A stretch of DNA of 64,000 bases from Takakia lepidozioides (Eukaryota; Plantae; Bryophyta), in assembly GCA_030704615.1 (NCBI GenBank), contig CM060734.1, positions 25,978,001 to 26,042,000 of the forward strand, given 5' to 3'. The translations under genes were made by a program, and so were the position numbers. Under the pieces are notes generated by a model. That model was given only the letters and a program-made list of their open reading frames with translations. It did no database searches and was not told the DNA's origin. Positions 26,301 to 39,124 of the stretch are shown piece by piece (position 1 is the first letter of the stretch; every line of letters starts with the position of its first letter).

Positions 26301-27192
26301 TTAAGAGCTGCCACCCTTTGAGTCTCATGTAGTCAGTCTGTACACTTCTTTAGAGAATTTCTATATATGTATTCTACTACTTCAAAAATCAGGCATTGTC
26401 AAACTCCCTTTCTAGAGAAAGAAAGACTGATGGAATTCCCGCGTGGCTACGTCTTCTCTGCAGGCAGAGAACAATGATCAAGATATTATTCGTGGGGAGG
26501 GGCAGACAGGCTACAGGCATTGTTATAGAGTTCGAACAACTACAATCCCAGAATGTGCACATCCTCCGCCTCAATTCCACTTCCATGACAAAATTAATAT
26601 TTAAGTTACCACTGTTCCATTATAAAGTCTTGCGGAAGTTAGTTCCAGGCGTATCTTCACCATTGTGGAGCTGTCCACCTTTGCCACCCTCTCTCCAAAG
26701 CACCCGGCTCTCAGTCCTTGTTTTCCACCTACACTTGTGTGTATTTTCCGATCATCTTTCGTCTCCCCAACTGGGTTGGGTATGTATCAAAGTTGTTTGG
26801 GTTCAATGGCCACCAAAGGGTAAAGGGAGTTGCAGAAGGGGGTGGTGATGGTCAGATATGAAAGACATGGGACATGAGTGATGAAAGAGAAGCTAGACTC
26901 CACAGATATTCAGCAAAAAGAGAAAGTTTATCAGTCTTCTCCTTTCCAAATGCTCTAGAAATTCTCTATTCCTCTTGTTCTGCAAAGGGAGATATCGAGG
27001 TTTTTCCCTGCGTTGTATTTTACACAAGACGATCCCATGAGAGGCGGAGGAGAACCCACTCGCGTCAGCACCTCCGGGGTGATTTTGAAGAAACGGTGTG
27101 ACATCAAAGACCTGCCCATCCACCACTATCCACGCATCCTTCATTGCCCTGTGCGCCTCAACCTCTGCGACTGTGAATGTTCTTGCCTTCAT
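23331..27192 (-). pseudogene. FAH: Sphingolipid fatty acid 2-hydroxylase (FAH/FA2H/Scs7 family) with N-terminal cytochrome b5 domain; 8 exons, inactivated
   Basis: Exons: ~27192-27064 (WIVVDGQVFDVTPFLQNHPGGAD); 25907-25769 (HAHSKVALGMLKQFYLGRL); 25458-25374 (VDLSKPLVF); ~25280-25198 (degraded, DNSFLE); 24882-24685 (WWVIPLVWLP, LEYSLQRFLFH); 24257-24152 (HYLLHGCHHKHPMDGYRLVFPP); ~23877-23732 (DITHYFVHHG); 23438-23331 (YHLNHHFK..GFGITSPFWDWIFGT). Frameshifts in exons 2, 5 and 7, and His to Gln in the first His box. Confidence 0.9.
26853..26930 (+). mobile_element. Short fragment of the element-1 family gag start inside FAH intron 1
   Basis: aaagacatgggacatgagtgatgaaagagaagctagactc... (MSDEREARLHRYSAKRES) matches ~10297-10370 reversed (MSDERETRLQRYSAKRES). 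Confidence 0.8.
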
Positions 27193-29178
27193 ATTCCCGT
27201 TCGGCGAATCCTCATCACCATGCGCAGCACTGCCACTGCCGTTTGGAAGCCCTCAGAGCTTTGTGGGCGTGGTCCTCCGCCCCCTGGACAGGACAGTAAC
27301 GGCCCGCATCCATCAAGGCCGTCGGCTATACAAACCATTGCCCTATGAGTTTGAAACCAAAAAGAAGATTGAGAAAGGAATTGTAGATAGGCGATACCGA
27401 GCAGACAAACTTTTTATGTCTGGAAAGATCAATGAATAAGAGGCTGGAAGGAAGAGAAGTGCCAGTCCCTATTGGTATCGTGAGCACGGAACAAGATGCC
27501 TAAAAGAACACGAGAGATCTTGTATAGCAAGAGAGGCAGCGGGCGTGTGGGAGTGAGGAAGAGTCTGGAAGAGAGTGCGTAGTAGAATTTGTTTTTCAGA
27601 ATGCCATCTAAACGACCAGGGCTACGGTAGGCGACAGAGAGAAAGAAAGACGGGAAAAGAGAGGTTCAGGGAAAGAGAGAGAGAGAGCGAGAGAGAATGT
27701 GACGCTAGTAAGCCTGTACTAAACCTGAATATCCGAGCTATTTGGAAATCGAAGAGTCAACGCTGTGTCTAGTGCGACAGAGAAAGAAAGAGGAAGGGAG
27801 GAACAGTAGTCTGTACGAGCCGGTGTTACAACGGTACTAAGATACCTGAATCAAACGAATCACAATGCAGCCAACGAGATAGGGAGAAAAAGACGCGGAA
27901 GAACAATATCACAGCAGACAGCCCGTGTCAAACCTCGAGATCTGAACTACCTACCTTGAAAGAAAGGAGATTTAGTCCAGACAACGAGAAGACAACGAGA
28001 AGAGCTTTCACAAAAGAATTACTCCACTGAGCTATACGGTGCATCCGAATAAACAGCAATCGGCTATCCAAAATCCAACAAACCACCTTCCAGATAACCA
28101 GAGAGGGAGAAAAGAGCAAAGAAGAAAGATACGACAGCGCACACACTCAAACCTCCAGATCTTAGCTATCTTAAAAGAAGGGACCGAAAATGCAGGCAAG
28201 GAGAGAGGGAGAGTACAAGACAAACAAGGAAAAAGGAAGCACACCTTTCAAGGCAACAGTTGTTTCTTTTTCTAAAGATCTGGGCTACGTTCCATGACAA
28301 CAACAACCAGCAATGCCGGCCAAATGAGCGATCCCCGCCTCGCGGGAAGACGAGGAAGAACGAGGACGAGAGTAGGCCCGCGCACATGAGCCCAGAAACT
28401 GGCGAATTCGCCTGTCAGTGGGGCGAATTCGCCGTGGCAGGGCGTGTCAGCGCGACGACCGTACTGAAGCGAACCCCACGTTCGCTTCGCTGTAGGTAAA
28501 GTGCATTTTTTTCTCCTCTTGAGGGAGGAGCCAATAAAATTCTTCCTCTTCATGTGGATGTTAGGAAGTTTTAGTTTTAGTTTTTTAGTTTTTCAGTCTC
28601 TGGTCTCTCGCCTTATTGTCCCATTAGCTTCCTGTGGATGTAAATCAGTTTCATTTAGGGTTTCATACACTCTTTTAGTTCATCTCTTGTTGTTCTACTG
28701 TCCATTAAGCCTCACGCGGTCGCAATACAATTTTCTTCTCTTCCAACACTGTTTCAGAAAGAGCAGCTCATTGTGATCAGGCTAAAGTAAACTGACGAAG
28801 CAGGAGAACCCGTGATAAAGGCACACAAGGAGTGCTGGACACTACGACTGAACGGGATGTTGTGTCTTGGAATGTGACCCTTACAAGGTATCTTGCGTAG
28901 TAGAAAACCTCTTTTACCCAGTAAATAAATAAATAAAAATGGACCTTCATCGTCTCGTACCTGTTGCAGCGACTTGCCGTACCCTATCTGCTATAGGGTT
29001 TTGATTTTTTAAGTGTATGCTTCTAAAAAATATATATATGACGCCTCTCGAAGGGAGCGTAACTTATGGTGTCACTTGACCCCGAAGGGCTACTGCCTTC
29101 TAGCAGGAAGGTAGACACCTTCATGACACACCAGACGGTGGTTTGAACCCACAACCACATCCAACGTGGTATGTGCCA

Positions 29179-30484
29179 TGTCGTGCACCTAAGCATCGTG
29201 CCACAACATACATCACTGTCCAACCACACTTCCTAGCATATAGTCCTAGAAAGCCACGCCACAATCGTTCCCCTAGCTGGTGATTAGATCCCTCTAACAC
29301 CGGATAGCTTGCAAGTATCCACCCCAATAAGATCATCGCTTGGTCTTCAATCGCACACGTCCCAACACCTGAAGTCGATAGATCAAGAGGCTGGGTGCAA
29401 ACATAGCCCCATCGTTAGTTGCTTTCATGCAATCCATGATCTTCAGTTGAGTATCCATGGCATTGAAGCCCCACTAGCTAGACCTTGGATCACTTGTCCG
29501 CCTCACCATTGTCATGCCCACTACCTCTGTCCAAGGCCTCGTGGACACAACCATTCTCCGATAGGAACCTCCTCAAGTGGCGGTGCCAAGCATCCCGTGT
29601 GCCACCCCCTTGAGCATTTGTCACACACCAATATAGTTGCGGCGCCACCAGCATGCCCACATAGCATGCAACGCAACCCTACAGGTACCACTGCAAGGTT
29701 GGGATCTATCCTCTCATCCACATGTGGAAGGTGACATGGCGCACAATTGTGCACATGGTCCTTCCATACCATGCCATCTCGACCTCCAGAATCAATACTC
29801 CTGAAGGCAACACCTCTCTGACCCTTAGAATCACACGTCTTGCTGTGACATCCAAGGTCGTAGGCGCTGTCTGCTGCAAATACACATAGTCCCCAAGGTG
29901 GAAACGCCTAACACTTGACCAATATCCCCCTCCACGTATAGTGGCGTATCTCAATGTGTCTCGGTGTTGGGCAATAGCAAGGTTCTCAAAAGCCATAGGC
30001 ATGACTCTCTTGAACAAATCTGTCCGCTGGGCACACGCTTGTGTCCACACATCCGGATCATCAAGGTTGAGAACTATTGCAGCCTCCATGCGAATAGATG
30101 CAGGCAAATCCGGCTCTCGACCGAAGAGAAGAAAGTAAGGTGAGAAGGAGGCAAGTGAAGCTTGTTTGCTAAACCTATAGCCCATAGCTAGCCAAGGCAG
30201 CTGAAGGTCCCAATCTCCTAGGTGTCCCTTCTGCAAACCGTACTTGCGCAAACCTCTCTTGACTGTCTGAACAACTCTCTCCGCCAAGCCATCAGCCTCG
30301 GGATGATCCTGAGAAGTAGTGTGGTGATCTATCAAGGTTTGCTCACACAAAGCCTGAAACTCCCCCAAGAACTCTCTCCCCTGGTCCGTGAGTACCTCGG
30401 CTGGAGCACCAAAATGGCTAAGCACTCGATCTAAGAATGCATATGCAGCCCCCTCACTTACCTTGTCAGGCAATGCCAACAGTT
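29179..30484 (-). mobile_element. 3' part (integrase C-half, PHD finger, 3' terminal repeat) of an older copy of the PHD/DNMT gypsy family
   Basis: LPDKVSEGAAYAFLDRVL..TDQGREF..GLAER; CMLC..CDKC..HTGC..WLCP; purine tract agctaggggaacga followed by tgtgg...gcacgaca, parallel to 40615-40960. Confidence 0.9.
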
Positions 30485-30801
30485 TGTCAAGTTATTTGAC
30501 CACTAATGTGAAGTTAGCTAGGAAATAGCTAGCTTTTATATATTGACATTTGGGATTGACCCAAGTGTCAATCCAAGGGCCAATACATGTTTGGGCACCT
30601 GGCGTGGTTATCTTCACGGCAGATCGCGGTGGGCTCATCTTTCTCGAGTTGAGCCTCACCGCGTCTAGCTATGGCGCCGTAGTGTGGATTCTCCATGGCG
30701 TGGGGTGCACTTGGCTCGACTTAATATATGAGTGATGTTTTCATGTGCAAGTATGTGATTTTGAGATAGCTTGTGTGCTTGTATTATTCCTTTCCTTATC
30801 A
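30485..30801 (+). repeat. Terminal repeat A1
   Basis: Near-identical to 40963-41265 apart from a few substitutions and a ~14-bp indel. Confidence 0.9.
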
Positions 30802-33024
30802 CTCGAGAAAGATGAGCTCGAGTCTGTGAGTGCCAGGTTCGAGTTAGTTGTAGCACTTCTGTTTTCAGATCATGAAAAGCGATTCAGCCTAGAGTGCAGG
30901 GATCCGTGCATGAGCCTATCCAAAGCGGATAGAGTGCAAAGGCGAACAGGTTGCAGGTTTGCCATGGATAGAGAGGCGGGTAGCCTATGTTGAAGAGCGG
31001 CGTTGCATAGCTCAATGCTATGGCAACCAAGTTAAGGCTTCTAGTGTGAAGCGGAAGAGATGTTGGCCACGAGTGGGCAAACTGGTGGTCGTCTTCTTCA
31101 GCTGCAGGCCGAGTTAAGGAGCTGTAGAAATGTGGGCTGCGCATGGAAGCTAGCATGTTGCAGGTTGGAAATGACATGATCAGCTCCAAGTATTTCTACC
31201 CGAAATCAGTTGTTGCGGGTAGATGAGGAGCAGCCAAATGGTGGAGCTGCGAGGAGATGCATCGCAGCCCGTTGGGAGCTTCAGCTCCAAGTTCATGAAG
31301 AGGTATGAGTGAAGAGAGGGGGTTGGTCCCTCTTGTGTGCAAATCAGTGCACTTGTAAAGCATGTGCTGAGTTGGAGTTTCAATCTGAAACTCAGCAGTG
31401 TAAGGGCTCTTGGAGTGGCAAGAGCGGGGCTGGAAGGGCAGCAACGAGGCGCCCTAGAGCCAGGGGATATGCATGAGAAGTGCAGGTGCACCAAGTTTGT
31501 AAAGGTGTGTATTTTCAGATTCGTTTTTGTGAGCTTCATGAAGAAATGGAGCTTGTTGGGCAGCATATGGCTTGCTTGTTGAGTTGGGGACGCTTCTAGT
31601 GGGCCGTGAGAGCTCAGGAGTGTAGGGCGACGGGGCTGATGGCTCCGCAGAAGCCATAGCTCAGCGGCAGCAGGTGCAGGAACAAACCCCAGCTCGGGGA
31701 GAGCTCGGGAACGCATGAGAACTCGTTGGGAGTTCTGGGGAACGCAGGGAATAGTGGCCGTGATGGGCCGTTGGGGCGGTATCACAAAATACCACGAGCC
31801 CAAGTCGTGATGGTTGACCGTGACCGTTGGAAGTCGTGGTGCGGACACAACGGGTGGGCACGGTGACCAGATTGTGGGAATGGCGGGCCGTGAAGGCTCG
31901 TGGGAGTGGTACCACGGGGTATCATGAGGCAGCCCGTGGCCAACGAGTGCCTAGGGCGGGTTGTGAGGAATCGTGGCGGTTGGAGCCACGGAAGGCCGCG
32001 AACAGGCAGAGTGAAAATATATATATATTTTTTCACTCGTTTCGTGGGACCTTGATGGGGAGGCTGGGCTCTGAAGAACAATGGTTTTGAGCTAGCTGAT
32101 CCGGCAGAAAAGTCGGAATTGCCTCCCTGTTGCGTTTTTAACAAAGGGGATTACTCCCCTGCAGGTAATCTTTTCTGGTTTTCAGCCCAATTCTTAACTA
32201 TGGGGGAGACCAGCCTGCAGGTAATTCCTTTGGACAGAATGTTGTTGGGGCCTATATGTACCTCTATTTGCTCCATTTTTGAACCTTCAGCGAATGGTGT
32301 GGTTTCCTGAGGTGGTTCCATTCGGAGGAATGGCTGGTGGACGTAAGGAGGCACTGGTGGACCCTGTGGAGGCTTGCATGGGGCCTTGGAGGCCAAGTTT
32401 CATGAGCTCGTGGAGGGCGGTTTGAGGAGTGTCTACAGGATGCTCTCATGGTCATGCAAGTGAGAGAAGAGAGGAAAAAAGAGGGTGTTGGGATGAGAGC
32501 GTGCTGGGGATAGGCATTGCTTTAGTTTCTCTTCCTCGTAGCTTTCCACCTTCTCTGTAGGCCGAGACCTTTCCGTAGGTGGAGGCAAGAGTCAGTCCGG
32601 GTTTGGGCTGGGTTGTCGGAGCGACACTGTGGAGTTGTTTTGGTGTGGGGGAGTTGTTGTTTTCATTCTTGTGTTTGGATCCCCTCCACACCTGCATGCT
32701 TGATTGTGCGCCATGCTAGTTTTGTGTGGGCGCTTGATTTTATAGGTGGTTGACTCGGGCTTGATCGCCGATCCAACCCTAGAGCATGCTGTCGATGGTG
32801 AGGCTGGGTTGATGACCAGTCAGACCATCTTTGTTTCTCCTGTGGTGAGGTTGGAGGTGATGACCAGCCAACCATAGGAGTGCATGCAGGTGCAAGTGCA
32901 AGCTATGTTAGGAACCTAGTATTCCAAACCATAAGCCGCATCAGGTTCTCTACCCGGATACCTTGTGGAGAGGGGGTTAGAGACAAGTTCATGACCGGTT
33001 GAGTGTCAGTTTGTCAACACGGAG

Positions 33025-34500
33025 GTGCCACTAGTTGCTGGGAAAAGTGCCGGTACGAGCACTAGCGATACTAGCGGGTATACGAGACGGGGTGTGCGGT
33101 TTAGGCCACCTTCACCTCCTGTGTCTTCTACGGAAGGTTCTGATTCGGATTGTGAATCAGGAGAACTCACACCGGCGGTGCAAGTTGTTTCCTTGCCATT
33201 GTTGTGGGACACAATGGAGGAGATGTATGGAGCCACCAAGGGGCCACGTAGGTACTCTGGGGCGGTGGGCACCATTGAGTTGGATGATTTTATCCAAGAG
33301 TTTGATAGTTGGTGTGACTTGCAACAAATGCGCAATCCACAACTGTTTACGCCTTTCATGGCATGGAAGGGGCTGTTTCAGCACCTTGAGGAGGGCCGCC
33401 CATGGATGATTACCATGAGTTTAGGCGGGGGCACGATATTGAGATCGAGGAGTGGAGGATGTACTGGTCACCCGACTATGTCTCCATCACTAGAGGCACA
33501 AGGGCAGCAGCCACACCGGCAGCTGCACCAGCAACAGCAGCTTCCACGAGCAGTAGTGGGACTAGTGGTACAGCAACTACGACGTCCACCCAAGCTACTG
33601 TTGTACCAGCACCAGTGGCGGTGCCTACTTTCAACCCTGTTGTGGAGTTCTTCGAAGAGTTGAGAAGGAACTACCAAGGGGTGAGGACAGAGAAGTTGAG
33701 GAGCTTGCAAGAGTTCCAACGGAAGCCTACTGAGAGCTTGAGGGAGGCTTTCACTCGCATGAGGCGCTTGATTAATGTAACCCAAGGGTTACGGAGGCTC
33801 AGGCAGTCCAATTCTGGTATGGGATATTGGACAAGGAGCTGAGGAGAAGGGTGCGGGATGCAACTCTCCTACAAGCGGCCCAACCCACCTTACCAAATGT
33901 GTTTTTGCTGGCAGAGCGGATAGAGCTCAACATGGTGGAAGAACGAGTGGTCATGGTGGGATTTGCTAGGGAGGCACCACGGGGTAGTGGTGCTCCTAGC
34001 CAGCCACTACCTCAACGTGCTCAAGGCAACAAGGGGGCTCAGGTGAAGCCCAGGGAAGGACAGAGAGGATCTCAGATGCAAGGGTCTCTCCCTTCATTTG
34101 CTGGCCAACAACGAGCGGATGTGGTGTGCTGGACATGTGGAGGACCCATGTCAAGAAGGATTGCCCAGAGGGAGGCAATGGTTTGGCACCGGCACAGCCT
34201 GCACAGTTGCAGTGTGGGCATTGTGGCAAGTACGGGCATGGAGAAGCCCAGTGCTATGGTTTGCATCCTGAGTTGCGCCCAGGCCAGTTCCAAGGGAACA
34301 ATGGTGGCCGGGGGCGAGGTGGAGCAGCCCAGAGAGGACGAGGTGGCCAGGCACGAGGTGTAGGCCAAGGGCAAGCTCAACATGGCCAAGGATGCGGAGG
34401 TCAGGGTGGTGACCAAGGCATGGCCAACCGGCTTCAGCAGCTAGAGCAGAGGCTCGCTGCCATGGCCACAGCTCAGGTGGTACCGGCTCCAAGGCCGGAT
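33025..34500 (+). CDS. Gag-like protein with two zinc knuckles (frameshifted)
   Basis: ELDDFIQEFDSWC, LQEFQRKPTESLREAFTRMRRL, CWTCGG.HVKKDC, CGHCGKYGHGEAQC. Confidence 0.8.
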
Positions 34501-35249
34501 GGTCCACCTCCTGCTCCTGAGGGAGGAGACATGGGATTCATGTGTGGGGCAGCACTACCACTACCACTGGGGTGGGGCACCACTACCACTAGTGTCAGGC
34601 AACACTACCACTACCACTATGTGCGGGGCAGGACTACCACTAGTGCAAGTGGAGTCAGCTGCGGTAGTGACTCAAGGAGCAGCACGAGTTCTTGAGCCAC
34701 GGGGTGCGGAGGTGGAGTTGGATCCACGGCGTGGGGAGGCAAGCCGTCAGGCCAGGCTTCCTCAGTCATTCACATTGGCGGAGACAGTGTCGACGCCGTC
34801 CATGGCACCTAGTTCTCGCCCGACTGTTACCGAGGCGGAGGTTATTATGCCATTGGGGAGAGCTACACGGGCAGCACCACTACCTAGTGTTGCCAAGGCT
34901 ACGGCAGCTAGTGTGCTGCTGGGGGCGGCCACAGCTGTGTGCCAGGCTCCATTGTTCTCGGCTACCATGATTGCGACGTCGGGGGTAAGACTAGCTGAGG
35001 GGTTCAGGTTGGCAGCTACACTCTGTGAGAGTGGGGAGGTTACTTCATCTTCTGCGGAGATAGTGGGAGGTGTAGTGCCGGAGGGATCCTCGGATGTGAG
35101 GGTCAAGACTGCCATGGTGGCGCCATGGCAAGCTGCAGTGCAGGTTGATGAAGCTGCCAGCTAGGCCAGCCATTGAGCGCGTCATGCTGACACCTGGAGT
35201 TGTCATGTTAGACAACCAGGATGGCATTTTCTGTTTGAGTGGATCGGCA

Positions 35250-35600
35250 GGCAAGAGGTACCGGCCACTGCGAGTCTTGTTGGACTCAGGAGCTTAGCCA
35301 TTGATGCTGGGCAGAGCTGTTATTGCAGGTTTGGGCCTCACGGAGGCGGATATGGAGCCGTGCCCTCTCCAGATACAGACATCTCTGGGAGGATCAGAGC
35401 AGGCTCGAGGCATGACACGGCGTGAGTTGACTATCAGACTACAGCCAGATCATCCTACAGATGGCTCAGTGATGAGAGCCAAGGCCATTGTGACAGACGC
35501 GGTCTCGTACGATGTCCTTGTTGGTGGGGCAGTGTTGTACCCCATGGGCTTCACCCTGGATTTTTGGGAGGAGTCAGCTTCCTATAAGCCTGGATGGCAG
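35250..35600 (+). CDS. Aspartic protease (premature stop)
   Basis: RVLLDSGA*PLMLG ... YDVLVGGAVLYPMG. Confidence 0.8.
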
Positions 35601-35996
35601 TCAGGGGAGGGTCGGCGTGTGCAGCTCCCTGTGACGTTCATAGGAGGAGTTGCGGTTGCCCAGCGAGGCAAGATGCCGACACTGGCAGCATTCACAACTG
35701 CAGTGACTTGGCCTGGAGAGTTGTTGGATGGCAACACTCATTCAGAGGATGTGTCACCTCCGGGAGAGCAAGCTGACATGTATGGTATGGCGGAGTTTCT
35801 TGCCATGGTTGCTCATACTCCATTGTGGGGCTCGAGCAAGGATTTGCAGCGGGTTGCTGATCGACGGATGCAACAAGCCTGGGTAGAGGCTTTTGTACCG
35901 TCAGGAGAGGAGGACGGTGCAGGAATTGTACCAGGACCACCTCAGTTGTCTCCATTGGACACCACACTTATCGTGTGGCAGTGTCCGGATGAAGGC

Positions 35997-36950
35997 ATTT
36001 GCCTTCTGGACTTGTTTGACGGGATCAGCACCGGATTGGCTGTTGTTCTACAGGCAGGTGTACGAGTACAGCGGTACTTATATGTGGAGAGGGATGAGAC
36101 TGCACGACGCGTCTCCCTACGCCATGTTGCTCAGTTGGTGCAGCAGTATCCTGAGTTGTTGCCGGTATCTGTAGTTTGTGGATATCAGCAGGCCTTGCCA
36201 GCAGACATTTCGTTGCTGGGGGCGCAGGATTTGGAGCGGGTTGGCTCCATTGATCTGGTAGTGGCAGGTTGGCCCTGCCAAGGGCATTCATCAGCCGGGC
36301 ATGGCAATGGATTGCGAGACTCGAGGTCGGGCCTGTTTTGGGAGATGGTGCAGGTTTTGCGTCACTTACAGCTTCATCAAGCTGTATCTCCAGCATACAT
36401 TTTGGAGAATGTGCCACTGATGGGCGATTCTCGGGCCAGGGTGATGGCCAGTGTGCATCAAGTCCGGTCGTGGCTTGGGTTAGCAGTGTTGCTGGATGCA
36501 GCTGCAGTGGGGTCATGGGCTCATCGTCCACGGTTATGGTGGACTAACTTGATGCCACCCGCACTGCTCCAGCGTGCATTTGATGGGGTGCAGCGGCCAG
36601 CACACCTCACAGTGGATAGCATTTTGGACACAGGGAGGCAGTCTCAGCGTGTGAGACACGATGACCGTTCACCTTTGGCAGTGGTCAACAAGGTGGGTCA
36701 ACCACGAGCAGCACTACCTACACTGCTCAGCTTCCCATGATCGCATGTTTTCCGGGATGGTGGACCTGGCCTCCTGTGGGATGCTCAGCTGCAGCAGTTA
36801 GTGGAGCCTAATGCCGACGAGCGAGAGCGGGCTATGGATTTTTCCACTGGGACCACGGCGGTGCCTTCTCTTTTTGAGGCATCACGTCGTCAGGTGTTGG
36901 GGCAAGCGATGGATCTCAATTGCTTGACCAGGATTATCAGCTTGGCTATG
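35997..36950 (+). CDS. C5-cytosine DNA methyltransferase domain, DNMT3-like, inside pol (one in-frame TGA at 36738)
   Basis: Motif I LLDLFDGISTG; II YLYVERD; IV DLVVAGWPCQGHS (catalytic PC); GLRDSRSGLFWE; VI YILENV; VIII AHRPRLWWTNL; IX ERERAMDF; X RRQVLGQAM. Same frame as the protease and the RT start (35301, 36801, 37371). Confidence 0.93.
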
Positions 36951-37370
36951 GCTGAGCAACGTAGAGTGCGGAGTGCACTTCCCTTGACGGTCTCTCTGCC
37001 TACCGAGACGGTACAGGCAGTGAGTGGGGGCAAGCCGGTGAAGACCACAGGGTGTAGACATCCATGGCACACGTGGGAGGTGTTCGAGGTTCAGAGGGAG
37101 TTGACAGCCAAGGCGACTGTGATGGATGAGTTTAGGGATTCTTCTCGGGTTGAGGAGGTCCTCAAGGATGAGATGATGGGGCAGGATGAGGCCTTGTCAT
37201 TGAGTGAGCAGGCAGGGAGTACTGCTCATGAGGTTGCGGCATAGCAACCACGGGACGCGTCTCCTACCTCTAAGTCTGCTGGACTTAAGGTTGCAGTTAC
37301 GGAGGACAATTGGGAGCCTGACATTGGACCCATTGTCACTGGAGGAGAGAGACGACGTATATGGCAGTTC

Positions 37371-38190
37371 ATGAGGGCTTACAGGAATTGTTTTGCCTTC
37401 AGTTTGAAGGATTTGGGAGCACTGAAGGGTCAGGAGATTCGTATTGAGTTGGCCACGGACACGCCAATCTTTCGGAGACCCTATAGATACAGTGACATCG
37501 AGAGGTCTTTGATTCAGATGAGGACTCAAGATCTCTGGGAGGCTGGTTTGGTGGAGCTCTCTGGTGGAGAGTATGCTTCAGCCACGGTGATGCCAGCCAA
37601 GAAGGATGTCTATGGCAATTGGATGGAGAGACGTATGTGCGGTGACTACCGGCCTGTAAATCGTCAGACCAAGTCCGATAAGTATGTCATGCCACACCGG
37701 AGGAGATCTTTGATGCCATTGGGCATGCCAAGGTCTTTAGCACTCTGGACTTGCGGTCTGGATATCACCAGTTGCTGATCAAGGAGGCGGACAAGCAGAA
37801 GACGACATTCTGGGGGATCAATGAGCACGGGAAGGATTGCCTATATCAGTGGCGATTCTTACCATTCAGGCTTAAGAACGCTCCTGCAGAATTCCAGAGA
37901 GTCATGAACAGGATTCTAGCAGGGGTGGACTTTGCTCGGTGCTACATAGATGACATCATCATCTTTAGTGCTACGGTGGAGGAGCACGAGAGACACCTTC
38001 AAATGGTATTTGAGCGCTTGAGAGCGCACGGATTGAAATTACATCCGGGGAAGTGCAAGTTCTTCCACAACCAGATTGAGTATCTGGGCCACATGATATA
38101 TCCTGGAGGATTGGGGGTGCAGCAGACTAAGGTAGAGGCCATCGCACAGATTCCACGCCCCACGGATGTGAGCCGAGTTTGAGCTTTCAT
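37371..38190 (+). CDS. Reverse transcriptase (frameshift near 37695, stop at 38180)
   Basis: RRMCGDYRPVN, LDLRSGYHQ, LPFRLKNAPAEFQR, YIDD, YLGH. Confidence 0.95.
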
Positions 38191-38740
38191 GGGGTTGGCA
38201 AACTACTATAGACGGTTTGTCAAGGGATTTAATGCTATTGCAAAGGCTCTAACCAAGCTGACCAAGGTAGACCAGGAGTGGCAGTGGGAAGATGAGCAAG
38301 AGCAAGCTTTTCAGGAGCTCAAGGCGAGGTTAACCTCGGCGCCCATCTTGAAACAACCTATCAGGGGGCGTCCCTTTCAGCTGCATACAGATTGGAGCAT
38401 GATGGGGCTTGGAGCGGTTCTCACACAGGTGGATGATGAGGGAAGAGAGTTCGTAGTGGCTTATGCTAGCTACTCGAACAACGCTGCAGAGTCTAAGTAT
38501 AGCTCATATGAGGGGGAGTGCTTAGCTGCAGTGTGGGCCGTGGCACACTTCAGGTGTTATCTATACGACAATCTCTTCACCCTTGTCACAGATCACCAGC
38601 CACTCAAGTGGTTGATGGAGTCAGACAAGCTTACAGGGAAGCTTGCACGGTGGGCACTTATACTCCAAGAGTATGACTTTCAGGTTGTGCATCGACCGGG
38701 TTTGGTCAATAGGGATGCGGATGGATTGAGTCGCAATCCA
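38189..38740 (+). CDS. RT connection/RNase H
   Basis: LHTDWSMMGLGAVL, YSSYEGECLAAVWAV, TDHQPL, ADGLSR. Confidence 0.93.
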
Positions 38741-39124
38741 TGCACGAGCCAGCAGGATGACACTGGAGCTCGGTGGCATGGTGAGACGGACAAGGAGATG
38801 GTGTCGGGATGGCATGCATCTGCCTTTTTGTGTATCTTGGCATCGGGAGGTCAAATTGGACCTACAACAGGGATGACTGTAGACGGAGTGTCTGAGGACC
38901 CTGAGGCTAGTGATGAGCCAGGTGGTGCCAGAGATATACATGAGGATTCGGTTGTGTTGGACTACCTCCGCACTGGAGACACGGCAGCTAGTGTGACTGC
39001 CAAGGAGAGGGATCGGATCCTGCAACGAGCCAAGAGGTTCAAGTGGGAAGGGATACACCTGCTTCGCGTGTGGGAGGATGGTCGGGTGAGGATCGTGCCT
39101 CACCCAACATAGCGTGCACGGTTA

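Noticed and set aside
35301-36740. Host DNMT3/DRM gene or bacterial contaminant methylase
   Set aside because: Intronless, in frame with protease and RT, and inside a TSD-bounded element.
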